In this document: in pieces, positions 41,144 through 50,149 of the stretch
Position numbering within the stretch: position 1 is the stretch's first letter
Layout: every line of letters starts with the position of its first letter
Source: an uncultured archaeon
GTDB taxonomy: Archaea; Asgardarchaeota; Thorarchaeia; Thorarchaeales; Thorarchaeaceae
Assembly: GCA_964473825.1 (NCBI GenBank)
Contig: CAYYQL010000013.1
Coordinates: forward strand, 6,498 to 66,543
Reading direction: 5' to 3'
DNA length: 60,046 bases
Made by a program: the position numbers and the translations under genes
Notes under the pieces: generated by a model
Database searches by the model: none
What the model was told of the DNA's origin: nothing
What the model saw: the letters and a program-made list of their open reading frames with translations, nothing else

Positions 41144-41779
41144 ATGACCGAGGAAGGTGACCTGGCGAAGGAAGTCTTCGAAATGGCAGAGGCGATCCGT
41201 GCGAGGGGAGAGGATCCATTTGATTTCAAGCTTACAGAATCGTTTCAGCAACTGAGGGCGTCGGCAGCAGAAATAGGTAGTCGAATCGATATTGATGAGA
41301 TGCTCAACGAGATATTGGGCCTCAAAGTCACACGGATTCAAGAACTCGCTCGAATTCTGGCTGCACCCGAAGTCTACGTCAACGCATTGAAGAGAGTGAA
41401 ACCCAGAACCCTGGCAGGGATGATAGAGTACAATCACCCCGTCACTACTAATACGCTGAGTTACATTCCACTCTCAAGAGCCTTTGAGAGAGTACTGCAT
41501 ATGATTGAGGCGCTCTCTGAGGAGCCACCAGAGAATCCCATCCCTCAGATTACGGAGTTACCGGATGACTTCATGTTTCAGTCGGAGGACTCTGTGTTCA
41601 TGAGTGACCTCGAGGATTTTCTCAAGAGTATTCCAAAAGGGAAAGAGATGTCCATCGACGACATTGTCCAACATGAGGACTTCGAGGAGTTCCTCAGAAG
41701 GTTTCTGCTCGTTGTAATCCTGATAGCAAGAGGCAGACTGGTCTATGATCCAGATAGTAAGAGAGTTCTGCGGGAATAG
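41144..41779 (+). CDS. Kleisin (ScpA/Nse4-like)
   Basis: Immediately after smc; EDPFDFKL resembles ScpA DPWDI; C-terminal wHTH RRFLLVVILIARGRL resembles FLALLEL...G. Confidence 0.7.
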   Translation: MTEEGDLAKEVFEMAEAIRARGEDPFDFKLTESFQQLRASAAEIGSRIDIDEMLNEILGLKVTRIQELARILAAPEVYVNALKRVKPRTLAGMIEYNHPVTTNTLSYIPLSRAFERVLHMIEALSEEPPENPIPQITELPDDFMFQSEDSVFMSDLEDFLKSIPKGKEMSIDDIVQHEDFEEFLRRFLLVVILIARGRLVYDPDSKRVLRE

Positions 41780-42207
41780 TCAGGAGATCTCTCGGCTAGC
41801 AGGTGAGGAATCGTTCAACGTGTCAACAACATCAGGACAAATGGCATTCATCTCGAGAAGTACATGGCTGAGATTGCTCGAGTTGATATTGGCCTGCGAC
41901 TCCGGCCATTCCTAGCTGAGAGTAACTGAGAGTGAAGAGTCATCGTATGTCACCTCAGAGCTGTCTGATAGGCATAAGCCAGAGCCTCAGCAGAGTGACT
42001 CCTGATCGTTTTCTTCTTCACGGACTGAGTTCTGTGAGTGATTCCTAGAAACATGATGCTTCACAAGGAGAGTTGCTCAGAATCAGTATATAATGCAAAG
42101 CCACAATAGGGGGGCAAGAATTGAAGTCACAAGAAGTGACCAAGGCGCATAGGAAACTTGGAATCATGACGCGTGGTCACTCGGGAAAGAAGGCTTGGTA
42201 GAGCACC

Positions 42208-42717
42208 ATGAACGAATACGCAATCTTGATACGAATGCTCACCAGAACCGGCAATCCTATTGGTGCAGGTGTGCCAGATCTTCTCGATGCATTGGCACTG
42301 CCTGAGGATGCTGGCAGACATGTATTATTCAAGAAGCTGGGTTCGCTCCAGAAACAACTGAAGCCTCTCGGTCTGGAGATAAGACATAATCCGATTGACC
42401 ATGTATTCTATCTCGACACTAGTACAAGAACCCAAGACTCACTGGAAGAAACACCGCTTCCCGATAGGCTTGCATCTACTCTGCTGGTAGTCATCACGCT
42501 AGCATATCAGGAAGGGGGCTGGGTGTCCATTGATAGGGTACAGAAATTCAGAAAGAAGAGCCGAAGAGGTGTCCGGGCAGACCTAAGAGAACTTGATTCT
42601 ATGGGATATACAGAGTTCTCTGATGACAACAAGAAGGTCAGGCCCGGGAAGAGAGTGGGATTCGAGATAGACTACGAGTCATTCTTCAGGAACCTCTCTC
42701 AATCAGAACAGACATGA
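42208..42717 (+). CDS. Tandem winged-helix KITE-like protein (ScpB/Nse1/Nse3-like)
   Basis: LQKQLKPLGLEI...VFYL (WH-A) and ASTLLVVITLAY...VRADLRELDSMGY...PGKR (WH-B); located downstream of smc and kleisin. Confidence 0.65.
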   Translation: MNEYAILIRMLTRTGNPIGAGVPDLLDALALPEDAGRHVLFKKLGSLQKQLKPLGLEIRHNPIDHVFYLDTSTRTQDSLEETPLPDRLASTLLVVITLAYQEGGWVSIDRVQKFRKKSRRGVRADLRELDSMGYTEFSDDNKKVRPGKRVGFEIDYESFFRNLSQSEQT

Positions 42718-42784
42718 AAAACCCTTATGGTGTATTCGCTAGTTTTATCTAGGTTCAGGTTCGAGGCGGCATGGTCAGAACAGA

Positions 42785-43144
42785 ATGTCACATAGACGCT
42801 CACTCAGGTTTTCAAATGCAACCTGTCCAATTTGCGGAAGCAAGGAAGTGGCGCGTGACAACCAGAAAGGCGATCTCCTCTGCACGAACTGTGGACACAT
42901 CATCATCCGTAAGGATACTCGTGCGGTGGGCAAATTCGAGGTGGCTCAACTCCTGAAGAGAGAGGGAATGCTCTCATTCTCCCAGCTCTCAGAAATGACA
43001 GGCTCCTCAGAGGACAGACTCTATGGAGTACTGCAGAACATGGTCAACATGGAGCTATTGAACGAGATACAGGGCCGGTACTCGTTGACGAAACGCGGAT
43101 CCCGCTGGTACCGTCAACGCTTGGGACAGGAATGGGGCTACTAG
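42785..43144 (+). CDS. TFIIB-type zinc ribbon fused to winged HTH
   Basis: CPICGS...KGDLLCTNCG, then LSFSQLSEMTG...YSLTKRG. Confidence 0.75.
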   Translation: MSHRRSLRFSNATCPICGSKEVARDNQKGDLLCTNCGHIIIRKDTRAVGKFEVAQLLKREGMLSFSQLSEMTGSSEDRLYGVLQNMVNMELLNEIQGRYSLTKRGSRWYRQRLGQEWGY

Positions 43145-43159
43145 GAGCCTTTCGGCTCC
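43144..43159 (+). terminator. Short hairpin at end of SMC-associated gene run
   Basis: ggagcc-tttc-ggctcc perfect 6-bp stem at the stop codon. Confidence 0.35.
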
Positions 43160-43347
43160 CAGCTCGTCAGACTTAGTCCGTATGCTTTGTTGTGATTCTC
43201 TGACCAAGACCGATCACCTGAGGCAGCTGTTTCTCTTGCGGTTTCATGTACCCGAGTAAGACGAATAGACTCAGCGAAGAAAGCACTTTCCATTTGGTAA
43301 CTACTACCTTTATTATATCTATTAACGATATGCAACTGTGGCGTGCA

Positions 43348-44091
43348 ATGGTAAGGCGACCAATGATCAAAATAGATGAGGACCTGTGTAACGGCTGTGG
43401 AAACTGCATCCCCAACTGTGAGGAAGGTGCCTTGAAACTGGTGGATGGAAAGGCTCGTGTTGTTGCCGAGAGCTTCTGTGATGGCCTAGGAGCATGCATT
43501 GGCCATTGCCCTACGGGTGCCCTCACACTTGTTGAGAGAGAAACAGTTCCTTTTGATGAGGAGGCCGCGATGGAACACATCACACAGAAAAAACCAACTG
43601 ATGACGAGATAGAACAAGTCTTAGTCTACGGTACTGAACAGATAGACAAAACGGATTATGGACCTCCCCCAAGTGGGGAAACCCCTTCATATCTCAATCA
43701 ATGGCCGGTAAAACTCAGACTTGTGAGCCCACAGCATCCCGCCCTAGATGGCTCAAGACTGCTTATCGTGGCAGACTGTGCAAGTCTGGCATACTCCAGC
43801 CTGCATGAAGACTTCCTCAAGGGGAGGACAGTCGTGATGTTCTGTCCCAAGTTCGAGAACTACGATAAGAACGTGCAGCATCTCTACCTTCTACTCAGCG
43901 CAAATGACATCAAGGACGTGACAGTGGTTCATATTGAAGTCCCCTGCTGCAGAGGGATACTCAAGATGGCCCAGGATGCTATCTTTCGTTCAGGAAAACG
44001 AATTCCCCTGCAGGCATTCACGGTTGGTGTTCGGGGTGAAATCCAGAGAAGTTGCCAAGGGAAGAGAGTAATTCCAGCAAATTCCACGTGA
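43348..44091 (+). CDS. 4Fe-4S dicluster protein with Cys-rich C-terminal domain
   Basis: CNGCGNCIPNC and CDGLGACIGHCP; QWPVKL, ADC, CPK, EVPCC. Confidence 0.85.
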   Translation: MVRRPMIKIDEDLCNGCGNCIPNCEEGALKLVDGKARVVAESFCDGLGACIGHCPTGALTLVERETVPFDEEAAMEHITQKKPTDDEIEQVLVYGTEQIDKTDYGPPPSGETPSYLNQWPVKLRLVSPQHPALDGSRLLIVADCASLAYSSLHEDFLKGRTVVMFCPKFENYDKNVQHLYLLLSANDIKDVTVVHIEVPCCRGILKMAQDAIFRSGKRIPLQAFTVGVRGEIQRSCQGKRVIPANST

Positions 44092-44297
44092 AGGCGGCTG
44101 TCCGACTACGTTATCCGGCGTGTAGTGTTATCCCAGAAAATGCGTATGTAGACCATTGCGGCTACACTAACGATAACTATGCCTGCCAGAACGATGGATA
44201 TCAGTCGGGCGCCCAAGCTCAAGGATTCTAAGAGGGCGCCTTCCTGATATGGAGCATAGAGAGAAGACTCAGTCAAGTACAGTCGGCGGGAGAACAG

Positions 44298-44666
44298 ATG
44301 GTACATCTACGATATTTGGGGAGAGAAACAATAAAGCTACCAGAGGGAAAGAATAGCGAAGACGTGAGAAGTTCTATTCGTGAATGGATGAAGACCTCGG
44401 AGGGTAGGAGATACAGAGTGAAGAATTGGTATTCGGACCGATTGGTGCTAAGCAGGTCGTGGCGTCAAAGTCCTTGCTTCACAACCTGCTTGATTGGCTT
44501 CTGGTACACGTTATGGGCAAAGGATCGAATCGAGATCACGGTACGAGTTGAAACGACCAAGGTGTATCTACTACTTGAATCGAGTGTGAAAGAGGAAGCC
44601 GAGCGAGACTTCAACTCACTGATTGAGAAGATTGACGAAAGGCTCTCTAAGCAGACCTCTCATTAG
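44298..44666 (+). CDS. Hypothetical protein
   Basis: 122-aa ORF with ATG start and protein-like composition; no recognised motif. Confidence 0.55.
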   Translation: MVHLRYLGRETIKLPEGKNSEDVRSSIREWMKTSEGRRYRVKNWYSDRLVLSRSWRQSPCFTTCLIGFWYTLWAKDRIEITVRVETTKVYLLLESSVKEEAERDFNSLIEKIDERLSKQTSH

Positions 44667-45454
44667 GTTGTATTCTAACGAAGATGCCTCCCACAGAAAC
44701 GTACCTACTTAGTATTGATATTCATCACGTTGTTCAAATATGCATCTATCTCAATCCTTAAAATGGAATGCTCCGTAATCTCAGATACGGGTTGGTTCAG
44801 AAGAAAACCATGAAGGAGATCTAATCTCCTTCGCAATCTCCCCCCTCCTAACCACGCGAATATACCTACTTTCTCTTCTCTTCTGGGCCGGCCCAACTTA
44901 TTCTTCTTGTCAATATCACACTCTTCATTCATTTCCATATTTTATCTGTGCCTGTCCGATGAGTGCGCACTTTACCAACCATCTAGATATCAGCAATGGT
45001 TTCGCATATGTTGCACTCGATAGACTTGAGTCGGAGCTGTTGAGTACGAGCGTCTATGCATATCTGATTGGAGAATACTCTGCGACTCGGGTTTGACTCG
45101 TTCCTGTTGGCCGTTATAGGCATCGGAGTCATTGCTTTCCTAACTGTCATACGCAAAATCAAGACAAGAAAGACAATTTGACTCACACTGAAGCAAGGAA
45201 TAAGATGAATCGTTTCAAAAAGAGCGGCGTTACATCATGTCTGGCCCACGGGACGGAGGAATATCGCAGATGTGTCTGAGCTGGTTTACGGTCTGCACAG
45301 TTAAATACAGAAACCAGATCTACAATTGTCTTTGCAGAAGCTGGCTGCTGAGAGGTAGGAGAACGTCTATGCCAAACAGGCATGATTCCCTAAAACTGCA
45401 CAATCTGTGGGTTCTTTATGAATGTTTAAATTCGCGTCATTCCGTGGATAGTAT

Positions 45455-46258
45455 ATGCTTCTCGTGGCAATCCCTAAGTCAGCCAGCACCTCTTTGCTTT
45501 CTACACTTGGCGAACTGCACGATATGGAAGCAAGGCAAATTTTCTTTCCGGAGAACAAGATTCCCAGAGGAGTGCGGGTTCTACATAGATTTCATAGCGA
45601 TATTAGACATCTAACTCAGAGAGAGGTTGATCGCTTCTCAGATCCAACAACGATATACAAGCAACATATCTATCCGACTGAAGCCAACAAGCGTAGTTTG
45701 AAACAAATCAAGAAAGTGATTCTCTTGCGAAAACCGAGGGATATTTTGCTCTCATACTTTAGATCCAAGAAGACGTATGTATCTGAAGGATACCCAGGAA
45801 TGGAAAAGTGCAAAAGTGAAACTGAGTGGCTAGAGAAGAGCAAGGAGATAGGTATCTATCAGGACTTGGAGTTCTTCTACGAGGAATGGATAGGATGTGA
45901 CGATGCCCTCATTGTTCACTTTGAGGACTTGATAGCACAACCGAGGAGGACCATTAACAGAATTGAACACTACTGGGGCCTGGAACATACAGAACGCCAG
46001 ATTGCACTACAGAAAAAGCGGTATACGAGAATTCCCCAGTCAATCGCCTACTTGAGGAAACTAGGCACACGACTGAAAGAGAAGATTCAACATAGAGAGA
46101 GAACCAACAGATTGGACCTCCTCGTTGTACGAACCACGAACCTCCTCTTCAAGACTGTGCTCTCACCAGAGTTGTGGGACACTCAACATCGCGAGTTGAG
46201 TCTTGGACAAGTGAAGCGTGGAATTCACAAGTACTCCAGGAAGACTTGGCAACCATAA
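45455..46258 (+). CDS. Sulfotransferase-domain protein
   Basis: 5'-PSB-like AIPKSASTSL, 3'-PB-like LLRKPRDILLSY, VHFEDL. Confidence 0.75.
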   Translation: MLLVAIPKSASTSLLSTLGELHDMEARQIFFPENKIPRGVRVLHRFHSDIRHLTQREVDRFSDPTTIYKQHIYPTEANKRSLKQIKKVILLRKPRDILLSYFRSKKTYVSEGYPGMEKCKSETEWLEKSKEIGIYQDLEFFYEEWIGCDDALIVHFEDLIAQPRRTINRIEHYWGLEHTERQIALQKKRYTRIPQSIAYLRKLGTRLKEKIQHRERTNRLDLLVVRTTNLLFKTVLSPELWDTQHRELSLGQVKRGIHKYSRKTWQP

Positions 46259-46448
46259 GAAGTGGCGCGACGTGCCCCCTCCCGATGCGCCACTGAATAC
46301 TTTCTCCTCTCCTCTAAGGCGTTTCCCGGTATAGTTGTTTTTTGTATTAATTCTTTTGGGGACCATGAAACCGCCAAGAATATCCTTTAGCATCAGACGC
46401 AAGACTGGATTGCAACCTGTAAATTAGTGAAAACTATTGTTTCAGGCG

Positions 46449-46790
46449 CTAACAGGAGAGATGCAAAGCCGCGGCAACATTGTCCTTGTTGTTGAGGTCG
46501 TTATATATTTGGGTAGCCTCTCTGGTTTTCTTAGCAATCAGTTCACATCCGAGTTTCTCCACCGCCGCTCTGGCAGATTCACGCACTGTCATGCGTCCGT
46601 AGTAACCCTTTCCAACGACAAGCGCATCGGGCTCGGCTTCAATGATCTTTGCGATGTCCTCAGTTTGCAACTCGTGTCCCTTCTTTCTCCACCATTCGGG
46701 GTAGACCGTATCTCCGATGATTATGATGTCGTCCGTGTAGGCTTGCCCGTCAATGACAATCCTGCCAAACTTGTACTCCTCGATATTCAT
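46449..46790 (-). CDS. Mth938-like (DUF498) protein
   Basis: YKFGRIVIDG..YTDDI, WWRKKGH, VVGKGYYG, TREA...YN, AALHLSC. Confidence 0.88.
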   Translation of the reverse strand: MNIEEYKFGRIVIDGQAYTDDIIIIGDTVYPEWWRKKGHELQTEDIAKIIEAEPDALVVGKGYYGRMTVRESARAAVEKLGCELIAKKTREATQIYNDLNNKDNVAAALHLSC

Positions 46791-46873
46791 GGATAGAATA
46801 GATGTTCGAGGTGTGTTAAGCCCTTTGACATGCCAGTCAGTACATGTAGAGCTGTGAGTAAGGAACACAAATC

Positions 46874-46910
46874 AAGAAAAGCCGAGAGGAGGGCACCCCA
46901 ACGGGCGCCC
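46874..46910 (-). terminator. Hairpin plus pyrimidine/T tract downstream of hppA
   Basis: Minus strand GGGCGCCC-GTTG-GGGTGCCC followed by TCCTCTCGGCTTTTCTT. Confidence 0.55.
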
Positions 46911-46926
46911 CCCAGATTGAACCTAT

Positions 46927-49065
46927 CTAGAACAGAGCTGCAAAGGCTGCGTTCAGAGCGAATATCACTGGTAGGAACAATGTTGCTGTGAGTGAGATGA
47001 CCACCAACAGGGTGTTGATGGATGGTCCAGCAGTGTCCTTGAAGGGATCGCCAACCATGTCCCCCAGCACGGAGTTGTCATGAACCTCGTGATAGTCAGG
47101 ATGATCCTTCGGTATCGGAGACTCAGGAGATTCAATGATCTTCTTCGCATTGTCCCAGGCGCCTCCTGAGTTAGACATCAGAAGTGCCATGATTAGCCCA
47201 ACCAACACCGCACCACCAAGGTACCCTGCTAGGGCACTTAGGCCGAGTATAACACCTGTCAGAATAGTCACAGCGATTGCGATGACTGTACCAGGCAGCA
47301 ACTCTCGGATGGCACCTGAAGTGGCGATGGAGATACACCTGGTATAGTCTGGTTTCGAGGTGCCTTCAAGAATCCCAGGATCATCTGCAAACTGCTTTCG
47401 TATCTCCGCAATCATCCTCTCGGAGTTTCGACCGACACCTAGGATGAGTATAGCTGAGAAAGTTGGGGGCACCAAAGACCCGATGAAGGCTCCAGCCAGA
47501 ACGGATGGAATGGCCAGATCGACCGAGAGAGTGGTACCCGGTGGCAACAGTGGTATTGCAGAGGCGAGGAATGCCGAGAAAAGCGAGAGTACTGAGATAG
47601 CAGAAGCTGCAATCGCAAAACCCTTGGTGATTGCCTTGGCTGTGTTGCCACTGGCGTCCAGCTTATCACAGTCAATTATTGCTTGTTCGCCTGCGTCTGC
47701 CTGCTCAATGACACCTCGTGCATTGTCAACGATTGGACCATATGCATCTGAGCTCATGATCATCCCATTGGTTGAGAGTAGTCCAACAGCTGCAATAGAA
47801 ACTGCAAAGATGCCACCCTGCTCCATTCCGAGACCCAAAGATGTTGCACTAATTCCCAGAGTATACGCACCAACAAGGGCCACAGCAATCATAATCACTG
47901 ACGGAACTGCACTAAGAAGTCCATATGAATAGCCGGAGAGGATCAGATTGGCTGCACTCTTCTGAGCAGACTCAACCATCTCTGGGACGGGTTTGAACGG
48001 ACCAAGGCCACGATCATTGGTGAACACATCTGATGTGAAGCCGATGACCACTCCTGTGAAAAGCCCAAGTATAGCAGCTGCTGCAAGCGTCAGATCTATG
48101 TTAAGAATCCAAAGAACTACAACAGTGAAGACTGCAAACAAGATGGTCGTGATGTAGGTTCCTCGATTGAGCACAGGGCCGGGATCCTCATCTGGACGGG
48201 GATTCACCAAGAATACTCCAATCACAGATGCTAGTGTGCCCAGTCCTGCAATCAGCAACGGAAGAAGACCAAAGGGTACGGCTGGGCTGAAAGCAGCATC
48301 AATGGCAGCACCGAGAATGGCAGCTGCGAGTATCGCTGCAACGTTGCTGTCGAATATGTCTGCTCCGGTTCCAGCGACATCGCCCACGTTATCACCCACA
48401 GCGTCAGCTATAGCAGCCGGATTACGAGGATCATCCTCAGGTATATGGCGCTCAATCTTCCCGACGATATCAGCAGCCAAGTCTGCGCTCTTTGTATAGA
48501 TCCCACCGCCTGCCTTGGCGAAGAGAGCAACGGTGCTTGCCCCAAACGAGAAGCCTGTCACAATCTCCCATAGCTCAACAGTGACAGCAGCTGGGAGCAG
48601 CATTTCCCAGAATACATAGAGCAGTCCCAGACCTGCGAGAGCAATCCCTGCAATCATCAGACCCATGACTGAGCCAGCCTTGAATGCAACATTGAACGCA
48701 GGGTTCAGACCACCCGATGCGGCAGCAGCAGCAGTGCGCCTGTTCGCCTTCGTAGCTATTACAATACCCACATATCCTGCAATCATACTCGCGATGGAAC
48801 CGAGAATATAGGAGATAGCAATTGGTATACCCTGTTCTCCGAAGATAAGAGCAATTATAATTGCGAGTACGGCAGTAAACGCACCTAGAATCTTGTATTG
48901 GATATTGATGAAGGAATATGCACCATCCTCGATCAACGCACTGACCTCCTTCATCCTGTCGCTTCCCTCGTCGAAAGACTGTACTTTCCTGTATGTGTAG
49001 AGGGAAACAAGGATTGCAAGAAGGCCCGCAGTGATTCCAACAGAGAGAAATAGCAGTTCGGACAT
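46927..49065 (-). CDS. hppA: Membrane-integral pyrophosphatase, probably K+-independent H+-translocating
   Basis: GGGIYTKSAD, IPEDDPRNPA, DNVGDVAG, GNTAKA (Lys at the K+ determinant), GGAWDNAKK, GDPFKDTAGP. Confidence 0.95.
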   Translation of the reverse strand: MSELLFLSVGITAGLLAILVSLYTYRKVQSFDEGSDRMKEVSALIEDGAYSFINIQYKILGAFTAVLAIIIALIFGEQGIPIAISYILGSIASMIAGYVGIVIATKANRRTAAAAASGGLNPAFNVAFKAGSVMGLMIAGIALAGLGLLYVFWEMLLPAAVTVELWEIVTGFSFGASTVALFAKAGGGIYTKSADLAADIVGKIERHIPEDDPRNPAAIADAVGDNVGDVAGTGADIFDSNVAAILAAAILGAAIDAAFSPAVPFGLLPLLIAGLGTLASVIGVFLVNPRPDEDPGPVLNRGTYITTILFAVFTVVVLWILNIDLTLAAAAILGLFTGVVIGFTSDVFTNDRGLGPFKPVPEMVESAQKSAANLILSGYSYGLLSAVPSVIMIAVALVGAYTLGISATSLGLGMEQGGIFAVSIAAVGLLSTNGMIMSSDAYGPIVDNARGVIEQADAGEQAIIDCDKLDASGNTAKAITKGFAIAASAISVLSLFSAFLASAIPLLPPGTTLSVDLAIPSVLAGAFIGSLVPPTFSAILILGVGRNSERMIAEIRKQFADDPGILEGTSKPDYTRCISIATSGAIRELLPGTVIAIAVTILTGVILGLSALAGYLGGAVLVGLIMALLMSNSGGAWDNAKKIIESPESPIPKDHPDYHEVHDNSVLGDMVGDPFKDTAGPSINTLLVVISLTATLFLPVIFALNAAFAALF

Positions 49066-49272
49066 TTGTTTTTGCCTCTTTGTTGCAGGCCAAAAATAGC
49101 GCTATATATCGTTTTGCATTAATCAGCCTCTTCATGCATTGAAAAGAGCAGCCCATCGAGCTGGAATTTGATGACCAGCTGTTTCACACAGCATCACCTT
49201 GATTTCCAAGCTATGAACAGTCCCTCTGCAGTGGAGCACAACCAGAAAAACCAATTAGGAATGAACAAGAAA

Positions 49273-49349
49273 TGGTGGACCGAGCGTGATTTGAACACGC
49301 GACCTCTTGGATGCAAACCAAGCGATCTACCGAGCTAATCTATCGGCCC
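49273..49349 (-). tRNA. tRNA-Ala(UGC), intronless, CCA encoded
   Basis: GGGCCGA TA GATT AGCTCGGTA GATC G CTTGG TTTGCAT CCAAG AGGTC GCGTG TTCAAAT CACGC TCGGTCC A CCA: full cloverleaf, anticodon TGC, G3:U70 Ala identity pair. Confidence 0.96.
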
Positions 49350-49381
49350 ACGTCTGTTCAGAATCAGTTCTGGGTTGTTTT

Positions 49382-49987
49382 TTAACCGTTACGCTCCAAA
49401 TACTCATCCCGAACCGTATCCAGCCAACCAGGAGCCCCTCTGAGTTTCGATGCCTCCTCTTCTGTCAATTCGTCATAACTGACCAACGACATATCCTCTG
49501 GAAGAATGCCGCTAATGCCTAATGGATCCTCGATAACAAGAGTGAACTTGAGATCGCCCGCGAGCGCCTTGTCAATCATGGCGATCACCTCTCTCCCTCT
49601 GGCCTTCTCCTCAGGTTTTTCCGCGAATCGAACAGCGGTCTCGACCACAGGGCGGGTCCGGGAGAGTACTCCTTCAACATTGGAAATGAAGGAATCAGCA
49701 CCCGGTCCAGGTTCTATGACAATCCCGAATTCTGGCATCCTGATGGTTCCTGAACTAGAACGTACAACACGAACCCGAAGAAGCCGCTCATTGGCCACAT
49801 GGAGAGTCCATCTACTCGGTGGTCTGTCCTCTGCAGAGAAGACATCGTTGTGGGTGAAATTGCATGTATTGCATTTCATCGTGAACATAGCAAGCTCGTT
49901 GAAGAAAGGAACACTGTACAACATCGAACGGACAGTGAGCCTGCCGGTGCCGCATACTGGGCAACTAATGTTCTGCTCTTCAGACAT
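49382..49987 (-). CDS. ZPR1-type zinc finger protein (archaeal single module)
   Basis: CPVC...VPFF...CNTC, RVVRSSSGTIRMPEFG..IEPGP, ISNVEGVL, EDPLG.S. Confidence 0.92.
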   Translation of the reverse strand: MSEEQNISCPVCGTGRLTVRSMLYSVPFFNELAMFTMKCNTCNFTHNDVFSAEDRPPSRWTLHVANERLLRVRVVRSSSGTIRMPEFGIVIEPGPGADSFISNVEGVLSRTRPVVETAVRFAEKPEEKARGREVIAMIDKALAGDLKFTLVIEDPLGISGILPEDMSLVSYDELTEEEASKLRGAPGWLDTVRDEYLERNG

Positions 49988-50149
49988 ACCGGGCAGGGCT
50001 TAAGTTCTGCTTATAGCACTTAGGAACTTGACATATCCTCTTCTTGACATACGTCAGTAGAATACTCAAAAGCAGCAAAGTTGAAACAGCTGGACATGGT
50101 TGTTTCGAAGGGGACCGTATAACGAAACAAGTCCAGTGGAGAGAGTTAC

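Noticed and set aside
41780-42060. Selenocysteine or pyrrolysine readthrough ORF
   Set aside because: In-frame stops are not in a recognisable redox or enzyme motif, and no SECIS or start context is apparent
37756-42717. Wadjet (JetABCD)/MksBEFG anti-plasmid system
   Set aside because: No Toprim nuclease (JetD) is nearby, the gene order is SMC-kleisin-KITE rather than kleisin-KITE-SMC, the kleisin is short and ScpA-like, and the head motifs are SMC5/6-like
44106-44306. 66-aa minus-strand membrane peptide
   Set aside because: It has one hydrophobic stretch, but overlaps the start of the divergent ORF head-to-head and has no other support
49273-49349. tRNA as integration site of a mobile element
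   Set aside because: No integrase and no duplicate of the tRNA 3' end was seen in the window
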